Origin: Blepharisma stoltei ATCC 30299
Lineage: Eukaryota > Protista > Ciliophora
Reading direction: 5' to 3'
NCBI GenBank assembly: GCA_965603825.1
Contig: CBFDEM010000040.1
Coordinates: 434,001-498,000, forward strand
Length of the DNA: 64,000 bases
A program made the translations under genes and the position numbers. The notes under the pieces are model-generated. The model was not told the origin of the DNA. It was given only the letters and a program-made list of their open reading frames with translations, and made no database searches. Shown here one piece after another: positions 11,851 to 24,861 of the stretch. Each line of letters begins with the position of its first letter. Position 1 is the first letter of the stretch.

Positions 11851-12477
11851 ATGGGTTGTGGTAGTATCCAAAATAATTTCAACGACCAGGCCAAAGAAAG
11901 CCCCGAAGCTCACCGTCCTTATCCAGCCGATGAAAGAAATAAATTACCTAAAGTCGTTTTAAGTTCATTTGACTCTATACTTCAAAAAGGAACTGGAAAT
12001 AAGAAGCCAAAGCCAGCTATTAAGACACAAAAAAGCACTAAAACCGAAGATCTATCTTTTGATCAAACTACTTTAAACCAGTTAAACAAAGAAGACCAAA
12101 AAATTGAGAGCCTCGAAAAAGAAACGATTAATGAAATCCCCGAGCCTAAAATAGGAGCTTTTATTGAAGAAAAAAATGAACAAGACGAGGGTAAAAAGAT
12201 TGAAATTGTTGACACTAGCAAAGTTACAGACGATGGAAGGATTAGCCCTGGTGCGCCAAAAATTGAAGACATGTATGAAGAAAGTGAAGAGGTAGAAAAT
12301 GTCGATGTTGAGAGGCTCAAAAGTGAGAGAGCACAGAAGGAGCTTGCTGCTCAAGAAGAAGCAAAGGCAGCAGTAGAAAGATTAAAAGAACAAGAAAATG
12401 CAGATATAGCAGAAAAGAAAGAAAAAATCGATGCAATGGAAGGAGAAGCTTTTACAATTTTATCCAAGTATACATAG
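11851..12477 (+). CDS. Hypothetical acidic protein, probable N-myristoylation/palmitoylation (MGCG)
   Basis: 208-aa ORF, MGCGS start, charged low-complexity body. Confidence 0.75.
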   Translation: MGCGSIQNNFNDQAKESPEAHRPYPADERNKLPKVVLSSFDSILQKGTGNKKPKPAIKTQKSTKTEDLSFDQTTLNQLNKEDQKIESLEKETINEIPEPKIGAFIEEKNEQDEGKKIEIVDTSKVTDDGRISPGAPKIEDMYEESEEVENVDVERLKSERAQKELAAQEEAKAAVERLKEQENADIAEKKEKIDAMEGEAFTILSKYT

Positions 12478-12870
12478 ACTTCTTGAACCTTCGTAATAAT
12501 GAAAATTATAAATATTTCGTTGAAATTCATATTTATGTGAGTAGTTGGGAGTTATATTTTTTGAGCCATTATAAAAACTAACTGATTTCAGGTAAGATGA
12601 TGCTAAAGTGAATTATTGAATATTATCAATATAATAAGACAAGAATCATCTATCATTTTGAATTCAATTATACAAATTAGTATAGATTCATCATTCGTAA
12701 TCATGCACTAATTAAGCTAATAATTTTTGAAGCAAACAAATTATTATATCCTATATCTAGAAATGATTGTATTTAGTTATCTATAGCCTGCTAATTTGAT
12801 TTTAGAGGTTAGAAATACGCAATAAATCAAATTTTTATATTTCCATTAATAAAATTTTCTCTTAATAAAT

Positions 12871-13413
12871 ATGAGTGCAGAGCAACCAGAATCATATCCT
12901 CCTAACCAGCAGCCTCCTCAAAATCAAGGCCAGCCAGCTTATTTTCCAATGGGCCAAGCTCCTTATCAACCTCAGGGAGCTGGAATGCCTCCTCAATATC
13001 AAAATTACCCACCTCAAGCTTATTCACAACATCCTCCTTATCAGCCTTATCCAGGCAATCAACCATATGGGCCTGGCCAACCTTATCCTTATCAGCCTAA
13101 TCAGGCTTATCCAGGTCAGCCAATATATAATGCTCAGCCTGCCGCTCCATCTGCTGTTATAATTGAATCCACAGTAATCACTACTCGTGTGTATGGATTT
13201 GAGCCAATTCAAGTAACTTGTCCATACTGTCATCACACAGCATTAACAAGAATTGAAAGGACTCCTGGAATGATGGTTTGAATGATGTGCCTTATTTTAC
13301 TTTGCCTATTTCCATTCTGTTCATGCTTGCCTTTTTGTATTCCGAGCTTATTTGATGTAAATCACTACTGTGGGCATTGTTCCAAGAGATTAGGAATCAG
13401 AAGAGCTTTATAA
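12871..13413 (+). CDS. LITAF: LITAF-domain protein
   Basis: P/Q/Y-rich N-terminus, CPYC, hydrophobic stretch, CLPFC, HYCGHC. Read through TGA 13279-13281 to TAA 13411-13413. Confidence 0.9.
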
Positions 13414-13689
13414 AGCTTTGATTATAAATAAATTAGATAGATTTTTTTGTAACGCTTTAAGACTGCATTTGGAGAAAATTAAAATGGACTGGTTTTTTAA
13501 TAAATAACTAACCGATTATTTATAACTTTTGTATAATTAAACATAATTACCTCATCAAAAATGTCTAAGATTCATTCCAAGCTTAGCAAGGTGCATCATC
13601 TTTTGAGCAATTAATAATTAGCATTCCATAATTAAAGATATTTTGTTAAAAGAAATTTTATTAATTCGAGCCAGCTATCTATAAAATTT

Positions 13690-16057
13690 TTAAACAATAA
13701 ATTTACTTGTCTTAATCTTTGCTGCGTAATTTTGCGCCTTTTGTAGTTGCGCATCTGCAATTTTAAGAATTCTTTTCATATGCTCGTCTTCTTCTTTTTT
13801 CGCAGCTTCAAGCAGCTCATCGCCTCTCCTAAGTGTTTTTTCAGAAATTTGATTCGTGCTAGCTGATTTATTCATTCGTTTCCGATCTGCACTGCTTTTA
13901 TTTGATAAATTGGTATTTGCGTTTTTTACAGTAGCCTCAGGGCTTTTCAGGTAAGCCTGTGAAGCTGCTAGAGGATATTTTTTATCCAAATATTCATCTT
14001 CGCTGCCATCTTCTTCAGCTATTAGCTCATTAATATCAAAGTTTTCTTCATCTTTTAACTGTTCAGCAGTCATTTCTCCAAGCCCTTGCCATGTAAATGG
14101 ATTTCTGGCTTTCATTGCGACATTTCGCTTGGCATAAGAAACATTTTGTGTTGTTGCCTTGGATGTTAGAGATACAATTGCATCAGATGGAGCTCTATGC
14201 GTTGCCGTTTGCGTCAAAAATATATTTGGCTCTCTAAATGTTTTTTCAGGCCTTTCAATAGTCCTGATAGATGTTGAAGCAAGCCTACTATCAGGTGATC
14301 TTCTTGGCTTTGGCTTATACTTTTTAGCAATGTCATTTTCTGGTATCCTTGTATTTGGCCCACTTCCAAAAGGAACTAAAAAGCCTTTTAGTTTCTTTGA
14401 ATATACATTTGCATCACTGCATCCTATATACTCATAAAATTTGGTTAATTTTCCCCCTTTTGCCATTGCTTTTGAGTCAGTTTCATTGATTTTGTCATAC
14501 TCTTCATCATAATAAAGTGCTGATATTTCTCTTATTGCATTCAAGAAATGAGTCTCTGTCATTTCCTTTTGCAGCACTGAATTTTTTAAAAAGATTTTCT
14601 GAACTTGCTCTTTTGTCAGAACTTTTTTGTCAGGCAGACTATGTGCATCCATAAATTCAAAATCCCTACAAAACCTTAAAAATTTGCCAAGTGTTAAGGT
14701 TTCTAAATTTTTTTGTATATCATCAAAAGTCGGCGTTTTCCCAAGCATGGACTGCTGCTTAGCATAGTATAAAAAAATTTCATGAAGCCCTATTTTGCAT
14801 AATTCTTCGAACGATTTTTCTTTTTTGATTTTATTCAAATAAGGCTTTTGTAATGATTTTAATTGCTCTCTTAACGTAATAATTAAGTTATCAATGACTG
14901 AAGTATCTTCTCCATTAGAAATCTTTTCGTTTCGCAATATTTGATATTCTTTAATTGTTTCTATTAGTTTTGTCTGCAGATCTGGTGCAGGTGGTTTTGG
15001 AGAATCTGGAGGTAGGAATGGGGGTCTGTGCTTTTGGTACCAAGAAAAAATTAAGGACAAAAACTCTTCGTAAGTTATTGTTTGGCATTGAAAAGCAGGA
15101 GCGTCTACTATAGGAGAGCCTAATGGCAATGGCGACATATTAAACTTTTGCGCTAAGTTCGATTGTTCAAAATAAATACTCTGCGAATTATGATTTGCAA
15201 ATGTTTCCATAGGATCTTGGATTGACAATTGAGGATCATTGTTTGCTCTTTCTGTAATTTTTATTTCTGGTATATTAGTAGCAGAAATGGATGAATGATG
15301 AGATTTTCGACCTGTGCTACTTCCTTTGATATTTGAAATTTCCTGATCATTTTCGATCAGAATGCTTTCACTTTTCTTCAACAATTCTCCAAGAATTTTA
15401 GAGAAATCATCAAACTCATAATCATTGACTTTGAGCTTGCATTTTTCCATCAATTCGCAAAAGGCCATGAAATAGTCTTCATTTCTAAGCTTTTGCCTTA
15501 TTCATACTTCCCATAGCTCAACTCTTCTCTGAAACTCTTTAAAATCTTCATTCAGTTCATTTTTCCTAGATTCACTTATTGTTGATATTGACCCATTTCT
15601 GGATTCAATAAATTGCTCTTTATAAATATTTGATATTGACCCTTTGCTTGGCTCCGCATTTTTTGCTTTTCCAATGATAGAAAATGATTCTTTGTTCGAA
15701 CCAATTTCAATTTCTCTATCAAATAAGCTATCATTTTGCTCTCCTTCATTTTCAATGAAAATTTCTTCATTCGTTTTATTTTTGACTGAGGACTTTATTA
15801 AATCCAAAATTTCCTCATAAGGAATATTTCTATAATAAAAATTACTTGTTTGGGTCGTGCATTTCTACTTTTTCTATGATACTATTTAAATCATAATGAA
15901 TATAGGTCATAAACTCATTTAAAATGTACTTCCAATCAGAAACAGTGGCTATTTCTTTTTCCGACAAAATTAAATCGTACATTTCTTTCATGATTTTTGC
16001 ATTTTTTTCAATTTGATTAAGAATTCTTTGATCTTCACTTGAAGGGCTTTTATACAT
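13690..16057 (-). CDS. Hypothetical protein (possible degenerate EF-hand/p25-alpha-like region), one intron
   Basis: Three track ORFs joined by a 16-nt intron (15830-15845) and TGA at 15502-15504. Confidence 0.75.
15830..15845 (-). other. 16-nt intron
   Basis: GTAATTTTTATTATAG, A10. A 16-nt excision exactly restores frame between the ORFs. Confidence 0.82.
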
Positions 16058-16097
16058 CTTATTTTATTATTGTAACTTATAGTGTGATTTGGTAAAA

Positions 16098-17504
16098 ATG
16101 GGAAGTCTCTGTAATAAAAGTTATATTGAGCGTCCTAACCCAAGAAGATCAACGAAACGCCAAACATATACTGTTAGCATTAAGTCGTTGTATAAAATTG
16201 GTAAAATATTAGGGACAGGGACGTTTGGCATAGTTAGAATAGGCAGACCGAAATCAAATCCAAACCATAAGGTTGCGATAAAAACAATAGATAAAAGCTT
16301 GGTAAAAAATCTTGACAAAATGAGAGTCGAGGTTGAAATTTTGGTAGGTCTAGATCACCCTAATATAGTAAGACTTTATGAGAGCTTTGAAGATGATCGA
16401 TATTTTCATATAGTTATGGAGCTATGTGAAGGAGGCGAATTGTGAGATAGCATATTATCTAAAGGACATTACGAAGAGAAAGATGCTGCTGAAATAATGA
16501 AGAAAATCCTAAGAGTTGTAAATCATTTGCATAAAACCAATATATGCCATAGAGACTTAAAACCTGAAAACTTCATGTTTGATAGCAAAGAGCCTGACGC
16601 AGAATTAAAATTGATTGACTTTGGCTTATCACAAAAATTTGGAAATAAAGGCAAAAACATGAAAACAATTGTTGGAACACCATATTATGTAGCTCCAGAA
16701 GTCCTTAAAGGATCATATGGATTTTTATGTGATATGTGAAGTGTAGGAGTGCTAATGTTTATACTCCTTTGTGGTGAACACCCATTTTTAGGGAAAAATC
16801 AAGGAGAACTCTATTCAAAGATTCTAAAGGGAAAATATGAATTTAGTTCAAGTCAGTGATCAAAAGTAAGTACGCAAGCAAAAGATTTGATTAGTAAAAT
16901 GCTTGCATTGGAACCAAAACATAGAGTAACTGCAGAAGAAGCATTAAAACATCCTTGGTTTGGCTTTACAGAAGCTAATAAAATTCATCTAAATCCTACT
17001 ATCGTTGATTCACTGAGGAATTTTAAGATTTCCAGCAATTTCCAAAAAGAAATTTTAGCATATGTTGTGAATGAGTTAACCCATGAGCAAATCAAAGATT
17101 TAAAAGAAGCTTTCAATAGCCTAGATGCCCAAAAAAACGGATTTATTACTTTATCAGATTTCATTACAGTGCTAATTACCTCAGATGATAGTCCGAAAAT
17201 AAAAGAAATTGAAGCCACATTTCACAATTTAGACTTTAATCAGGACGGAAAAATTAATTATTCAGAATTTTTGACTGGGACTTTAGCCACAAAAAATATT
17301 ATAAATGAAGAAAAGTTATGGTCAGCATTCCGACACTTTGACCCAAATGGGACTGGAAAAATAACAGCAGCTTCATTAAGAAGTGCTTTAAAACGAGCTG
17401 GAAAAATAAACGTTGATGCTTCTCAACTTATAAGCGAAGTCGATTATGATCAAGATGGGGAAATTAGTTTTGATGAGTTTAGGAGAATTGTTCAAGGCAG
17501 GTAA
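16098..17504 (+). CDS. CDPK: Calcium-dependent protein kinase, N-acylation motif MGSLC
   Basis: Kinase plus EF-hands. Three TGA-Trp codons, including CDM[W]SVG. Confidence 0.93.
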
Positions 17505-17588
17505 ATATAATAAATTATTAAAAGATACTATAATTTTTTCAGAATACTTCTGAATTTTATATACATTAAACCATAACTTCTTATTAGC

Positions 17589-18828
17589 CTACTTAAATGT
17601 ATGAGGCCCAACTGAGCTAATTCCTGTGAATCCATCGTCATCATCAATTCCTGGACCAACATTTACTACTAGCTGTATTTTTGCAAAAACTAGGGGTAGT
17701 AGCCCTGAGTAAGTGTATGAAATAATAAAGTAAGGAACTGCATAATGAAATGTAAAATCAGTTGTTGTGTCATTCAAATTAAGCAGAGCTGAGATAGAAA
17801 TTACCAAATAAATAATAAACACCTAAAGAAAAGCCAAAAGAGATCGCAAATCTCACCCATCTTCTCCAATAATCAGTAAGCCACCAAAACATTGTGAGTT
17901 TTTTAGAAAGGTGCATTGATCCTGCCACCAAGCCAAAATTATAAAATATTCAAGCAGATCTATAAAAGGATGAAGAGCCTCCAACATCATATTTTAAGTT
18001 GCAATCTTTAGAAGCATTAGCGATCCATCTAATATCTATATTAGTCGTTAATGTAATTTCATCATAAATTGCTATTGCGCCAAGCAAGAGGAATAAAGTG
18101 CCAATATACCAATAAACTGAATATTTTTTGTTTGCCTTGTACCTAAAGCAACTTTTCATAGTTAAATTCATGATTTTCTTATCAAAAGCAAAACAAATAA
18201 TAATAAATACATAGCCATAGCAATAAGAAATAAAAACTTGATGAGGATAATGCTCTCCCATGTATATTCCTCCATATCCTAGAGTTCCCAGAATTATATA
18301 TGTGCAAGAATAAACGATTGTTTTGATTCATTTATCTTTTTTTTGAAAAAATTCCACACTGAGTGACCCATAAACGACTGTTCCAAGCATGCATTCTGGG
18401 GAAGGCAAACCAAAGCCATTGTCACAGGATATTCCTTTTATATCGTTATCACTCCAATAAGGTCTTGGCTCTCCATAGATTAAAGATATTAAACTGCTCA
18501 AGTACATTGAAAAACATCATATCAAAATAAGCCTTATTGCTCTTCTCGGGTCATAAATATGATAAAGTGCTGGAGCAACTGCAAGTAAAAAGACGTTGTC
18601 AGCTATATAGGATAAATATCGAAAGAAATTATCAGAAGATTCAGTTCTTGATTTTTGTATATGAAGAACAATTCTTTCTCCTACATCCTCTATTGTTCCT
18701 CTTAATATTAATTCTAGTGGAACTACTAAGACCAAGACTAGGAGAGCAAGACCTTTCACAAGAAGAGGTACAGTAATTAGCTGATCCTCTGTAATTGGCT
18801 TCTTTTCTTTTCGATATCGAGAAAGCAT
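17589..18828 (-). CDS. PAP2-superfamily membrane protein with degenerate catalytic motifs, one intron
   Basis: YGEPRPYW, GFGLPSPE, GGIYMGEHYPHQV. Three TGA-Trp codons and a 16-nt intron at 17789-17804. Confidence 0.8.
17789..17804 (-). other. 16-nt intron
   Basis: GTAATTTCTATCTCAG, A10, restores frame. Confidence 0.8.
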
Positions 18829-20151
18829 TTATCTTAGCGTCACCAATTTAATATTAGTAATTTAACGAGGGAAAGAATGCTGGTGAAAGATATGAGTAAA
18901 TAGTAATTTTATGAACATTTGTGCATTTTTACAGAGTTTTATATACTTTAAATTAAGCTATGAATTTTAAAATTTGGATACTCTAGACTAGTTTTATATT
19001 TCTACCGAATCAAGGGCATGTTAATATATTTTAATAAAAATTTATTTATTAAGTTATATTTATAATATAATCTATATTGAAAATTATTAGCTACTTTAAA
19101 AATTAATAAAAATAGTTAAGTAAAATTATAATATCTAACATACTTCAGCACAAGAAATATATAATTCAGTTTTAAAACAAATCCCTTTTAAATTTAGATA
19201 AAAGATATAGTGGTTAATTTAAAATAAGAATAATAATGATTTTAACTACCATAAAATTCATATTTTGTATTATAATCACTTACAAGCAGCTAAATTTCTT
19301 AATTATTTCCTAAAATTTTCCTTCGAATAGCTCTTATAAAATTCTTTGAATTTCAACAATCCTTGATATTGCTTATAGTTATCTTTCATTGTCAAATACT
19401 CTATATTTGTTCGCTTACTCAAATGAGCCACAACTTGGATTAAACCGCAGCACACTAAAACTGAAATAAATGAAAGAATTCCTACTACCGCTAATTTATT
19501 TCTATGGAATAAATTATCGTTATTGACCTCAGAAGTTCTGCTACTCAACTGAATAAAATCTAATATAAATAATACTTGGTGGATCATCTGAAAATATTTC
19601 TTCATCAGCTATGGGACGAAAGACAGGATTTTTTTTAAGCTCTATTGCGCTTTGGAAAACTGTTTTTGAAGCTGAAGCAATTAGAATCAGGTGCAAGAGT
19701 AGGATTGCTTGAGTTTTCATATTGTAAAACGGATATGCAGTTCAGCGGGAAAGATTTACTAAAATGTTTAATTTCACTTATATATATGAAGGGTGGATGG
19801 ATAATATTACTATGGCTTTATTATGTGTAAAAGAAATGATGAGTAAAAAAAATTTTAAAGACAAATTTAAATAATTATAAAAATCATCGAACTATACGCT
19901 GAAAATGATTTATTAAATCTCTAGCTTAACTCTTTAGGTCTTTCATATTGCAATCTAGTACGCAAACATAATTTAGTGGCATCTTTTAATAATCAAGTTC
20001 TTAAAATTCTTATTATGTTTTAAATTGAATTGTCTTTGCTTAGTTTTATCATTTACATATCTTGATTTAGACATAATTATTATTTGCTTAATAGAGCTGT
20101 TTATAATAAATTGTTAATCTCTTATCTCATATCAAATGTTTTGCTATAAAT

Positions 20152-21975
20152 ATGAGTAAAAAAGAAGCTCGAGAAATCCCCTGGAATCAAGTAAAAATTC
20201 CTATTTTAATCCTTTTATCAACAAGTATAAATACTGCTGTAAATCATAATTAGTTTACAATACCAATTTCAGGGTTTTTTGTACTTGAAACAAAGAGTGT
20301 AGATAGTTTACAGGACATCGGCTACTATTCAGGACTGCTAACTTTTGCATTTTGCTTAGGCAAATTTATTTCATGAAGATTTATAAGCTGGGCCTCTCTA
20401 CAATGCGGGCACCGCTTCTTGGCATCATTACTACTATTTTTTTCAGTATTTTTAACAATGCTCTTTGGATTATGCACTTCCCTGATATCAGGAATAGCTA
20501 TTAGATTTTTTGCTGGAATCTGCTCAGTCCCTCAACTAATAAGCAAAATCTTATTGAGACAACTTTCCCAGCCTTGTATGGAAAAGTTTTATCAAGTTAC
20601 TTATGTTGCAGTTATTGTACAGACCATAGGGTTCGGGATTGGAATTATTATTGGTGGCACAACTTCTTATATAAAAATCAACGAAGGCGCACAAATAGGA
20701 GATTTTATTAACACACATCCTTTTCTAATCCCATCATTTATTATTGGGCTTGTTCAGTTTTTTACATTTATATGGGTTTTATCTCAAATTGCAGACAATC
20801 CTGCACCCATTTCTCAGCCCAAAAGTAAACCAAAGCCTACTACGAAGCCCATAAAAGATCAAGTAAAACCTGGAAAATATATAGAGCTTGAAGAGACGAA
20901 AAAGAATGAAGAAGGAAAAGATGAAGGCCCAATAACAGAGAGAAAAGAAAACCAAAGTGAAGAAGATGAAGAAGAACTCCCAAGCTATCTCCAAGCATCA
21001 GGGATGGATTTAATACTTGCTGATTCTGAAGAGCCTAAAACGTCAAGTAGAAATGAAATCCAGTATTTTTCTCCAAGGTATCCAGTAAAAAATATTGATT
21101 ATAAAAAATGACCAATGAGTGCGAGAGGAGAAGTCGGGAAAGTTTTCCATATTGATAATGAAGGTGAAGAAGAACTGGCTAGAGAAAGTGATGAGCCAGA
21201 AAATAGCGAGCCAGAGCGTGCAGGAAATATTCAAAATGTTAAACATACTCACATTTCTTTTGTGGAAGAAGATTTTGATGAGCCTACTGAAGGAGATTTG
21301 CAGCCTCCAGCACAGAATTTTATCCTTGAAGACCCATTCAAGAGAAACTATAAGCATTTTTATGAAGAAAAAGCAGTGATTTATGCTTTGGTGCATTTGG
21401 CTATCTTTTCACTTTGCTTTGCAAGTATAGAAGAGTTTTTTATAGCATGATTTATGATACAATTTGATATGAAAAACATTGAGATAGCAGTGATTCTAAG
21501 CGTTTCATATTTATTTGGATATGCCCTTCATATTTATATAATGCCAAAGCTGCTAGACTCAGTACCTTTATGGAAGACGATAAGAATAGTTTCTTATATG
21601 CTGATAGGTCTTTCAATGTTTTTCGTCCCTATAAATTATTTTACTGAGCCTATCTTGATTTTTATGATGCTAGTAGCCGTCATAACGCTATTTAAGTTTT
21701 CGTCCTGCATCCTGCTTACATCCTCAAGGCTATTTATTAGTGATTCTGTAAATATTCATGACAGAGAATCTCTAGAAGTTTATGCTGATGAGCTTGAACT
21801 TGCTTTTAAAATATTCGGAAGCTTTGTTGGACCTTTATTGCTCTCAGCATTTGCTGGCATGCCAATTCCTCTCACTATAGTCCTTTGTGCATTTTTGATC
21901 TTAATTTCTTGGCTATTGACGCTTTTAAGCTTCAACCATTTCCCAAGATTCAATGTATACCCTTATAGGGTATAA
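20152..21975 (+). CDS. MFS transporter (ZIFL/TCR-like) with large acidic central loop, one intron
   Basis: IGYYSGLL, AIRFFAG, HPFLIP, two TM bundles. Intron 20239-20253 and three TGA-Trp codons. Confidence 0.82.
20239..20253 (+). other. 15-nt intron
   Basis: GTAAATCATAATTAG, A10, removes in-frame TAG. Confidence 0.85.
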
Positions 21976-22008
21976 TTATAATACCTAATTACCACTATAA
22001 ATAATTAA

Positions 22009-23496
22009 TTAAGATTTGCTAATATACACCCTGCACAGCGGATAATGCAACTTCATCAACTCTTTGATTCCGTCAATATACCATTCGCAGTTCACTTTTA
22101 GCCTTAGCTCTGTCAAACTTTTGAGAAAAACCCTATCTGCTTGTTTTAAAGTTTCCAAAAGGTCGTGGCCATCTGTGTACAAGCACAGCTTTTCTACACT
22201 TTCAGGCAAAGCAATAAGTTCGCAAGTTGTAAGCTCTGTCAACTCAGACCAATGGCGTAGATACATTGAAAGATGGTGAGGTGATAAATTTGTTGAGAGT
22301 GACTGCAATGGGCATTTTGTAAAGGCATCAAAAAGATGAAACGGATGGTCACACACTCCTGAGAATTGAACAGGAAAAATAATCACTTTTTTAAGGATTT
22401 TGGATCTGCAGCTGAAACCTGCAGTTAGCATCTCTGAGTTTGAATAATAAATAATGAGTTTAACAAGATTCTGAAGCCTTAAAATAGATGCACAAAAATC
22501 TGACGTCAAATTTGCACCAAATACCTCAACTTTGCTTATTAATGGGAATTTTTTCACTAAATGTCTAACTCCAAATACAGTGATGTTCCCACTAAAAGCA
22601 ATCTCTGATAAATGTTTTAAATGGACACTCGGGTTTAAATCCTTGAAAATTGCATCGTCAACGCCATCACATCCTTTGATATTTAATGATTTTAAGCCAG
22701 AAGCACTGATTAATATTGTAAATAAAGACTGAGAAGACAAACGATTGCAGCCTTCGAGATTCAAAGTATGGACACGCTTAATAGGCAGTGTCATTGCTTT
22801 CTTAATGTGTGTAACTTGAAGGTTTTTGCAATCAAGCAGAGATAAGTCTTGAATATATTGGTTTTTCTTGATTATTCTGATAACAACTTCCCCAGGAACC
22901 TCGCGGCCATTTAGAACTTTTACTTTTGTAATAAGATACGGAAGCGCTTGGAGCCATTTTCTGGACACCAAACGAAATTTTGCTAAATTCCCACCAACAT
23001 AGCTGAAAATAATTCTCATGACATCCAAATTCAAATTATCCCAAACAGAGTGGTTTGGTTTTTTTCGTTTTGCTTCTGTTTCTTCAATAGCTTCAACTGC
23101 AGATTTCTTTGAAGGGCCAGCTTTTATAGTGTCTAAGAGAAGCCGAAGAGTGTCAGGCTCCGCATTGCTTATATAAACTACTGTAAGAACTGGAGGGTTT
23201 TCATATCCTCTAAAGCCATTGCATGAAGCATTATAATTCATCAATGTAATCCCTAATCTTCCATCAGCAATGCACTGCGTACTGATTTTCTGGATATTTT
23301 CATTTGTAAATCGCTTGGGGATATATTGGCTGTTTGGGATAGTAACACCTTTAGTTTTAGCTGTAATTGAAAACTGAAGTAATCCAGAGTCATGCACTGA
23401 AAAGGTGTAAAGAACATTTTGCAGTCCTGGCCCTAGGAGTTTAGCGCCATTCCTTTCTATATTTAGCTTGCATGAAAATCTTGTCACTAGTCTCAT
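22009..23496 (-). CDS. F-box/leucine-rich repeat protein with extra N-terminal domain
   Basis: F-box WDNLNLDVMRIIFSYV...LVSRKW followed by Cys-containing LRRs (LNLEGCNRLS, LNIKGCDGVDD). Confidence 0.82.
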   Translation of the reverse strand: MRLVTRFSCKLNIERNGAKLLGPGLQNVLYTFSVHDSGLLQFSITAKTKGVTIPNSQYIPKRFTNENIQKISTQCIADGRLGITLMNYNASCNGFRGYENPPVLTVVYISNAEPDTLRLLLDTIKAGPSKKSAVEAIEETEAKRKKPNHSVWDNLNLDVMRIIFSYVGGNLAKFRLVSRKWLQALPYLITKVKVLNGREVPGEVVIRIIKKNQYIQDLSLLDCKNLQVTHIKKAMTLPIKRVHTLNLEGCNRLSSQSLFTILISASGLKSLNIKGCDGVDDAIFKDLNPSVHLKHLSEIAFSGNITVFGVRHLVKKFPLISKVEVFGANLTSDFCASILRLQNLVKLIIYYSNSEMLTAGFSCRSKILKKVIIFPVQFSGVCDHPFHLFDAFTKCPLQSLSTNLSPHHLSMYLRHWSELTELTTCELIALPESVEKLCLYTDGHDLLETLKQADRVFLKSLTELRLKVNCEWYIDGIKELMKLHYPLCRVYISKS

Positions 23497-23571
23497 ATTA
23501 AAATCTTGGTTTATGGATTAATAATTATTATGAAGAATGGTTTTGGAATTCAATGGCATTTATTATAATTT

Positions 23572-24816
23572 TTAAATATTTTCATCTCTTATTGAAAAAA
23601 GTATCTTACTTTTCCTATCAATTTCTGAAGCTACCTCTACAAGCTCTTTTCTTAAAGAGGTCAAATCATAAGTGTCATCTTGAGATAAATGAAGTAAAAT
23701 TCTATATCTCCCGTTGAGCTCTGAAATTTCGTTTTCAATGTCTTGCATTTGACTGCTTTTATCATTAGCATTTTTACTCTTTTTTAAATAAGACGGAACT
23801 CTGACATGCCCATGCCTTCTTGGTGTGCTTCCAGAGCTTCTTTCTGAAGTTGTTGTAGATTCTTTTTCACTTCTTTTTAGCTTTTCTATAGTTACTACTG
23901 GAATTTTGATACTTTTTGTGCTTCTTTTAGAAGAGTTAGATCTCTTAGCTGATACTGATCTTTCTTTCTGTGATTTTTTCAATGATTTATCTGTGCAACT
24001 TGGCCTTGATTTATCTCTTTTGGTTGTTTTTGATGATTTATGAGTTTTCATGCATTTTTTTGACTCTAATAATTTATTTTTTAGAAATTTATTTTCCTCT
24101 TCGAGTCTGCTTATTTTTTCATCTTGCTCAGCCTTAATATTATCTAAGTCTCCTTCAATTTTTTCTATTTTTAGCTGATACTTTTCTATTGCATCTTTAT
24201 AATTATTTAAGGCTCCATTAAGCTCCTCATTTTCTTTTTCCTTCGTTTTTATAATCTCATATAAACTTTTATTAGAATTTTCACCAAAATTTTCTTTATT
24301 TTTACATTCCATTTGCTTTTTAAAGTGTTCAACCTGAATATTTCAGCTTTCCTTATCAATTTCATACTGCTCAGAAAGGCGCTTATTTTCAGATTCCATA
24401 AAATCACATCTTGACTTCAAAAAGTTCACTTTATCTTGCAGCTGCTTAATGACTAGATTACTGCTAGCACTGTTTCCTTCTTTTTCAGGGCAATTTTTCT
24501 TTTTTAGTTCATCATTTTCTTCAAGCAGTTTATCCTTCTCATATTCTGCGGCGATTAATTTTTCTTTCAAAATTTGTATTTCTTCTTCACGGTACACCAA
24601 ATCTGGAGACTCATTCAATATTGTTGAGTAATTTATTGAAGACTGTGAGTTCTGCAAGGAATGATGCAGATTTGAAGGCGCTTTATTAACACTTTTTCGG
24701 TTATCTATTTCAATAGGAGTAGTCTGATTAAAAGAATAATTGGAAAATGAGTCTTCATCCAGCCTGTATTTGTGAACAATTGCTTCGATTTCGCTTGAAA
24801 TTTTAAAAGGCTCCAT
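23572..24816 (-). CDS. Hypothetical coiled-coil protein
   Basis: Two ORFs in frame across TGA at 24343-24345. Confidence 0.75.
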
Positions 24817-24861
24817 TTAAATTTTGATTTCATAGCGTCATTAATAAATCCTCATTTGGTT

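Noticed and set aside
19303-19830. ORFs 19303-19605 (-) and 19645-19830 (+)
   Set aside because: No recognisable motifs, and no convincing extension with TGA read-through or micro-introns. Not called as CDS.
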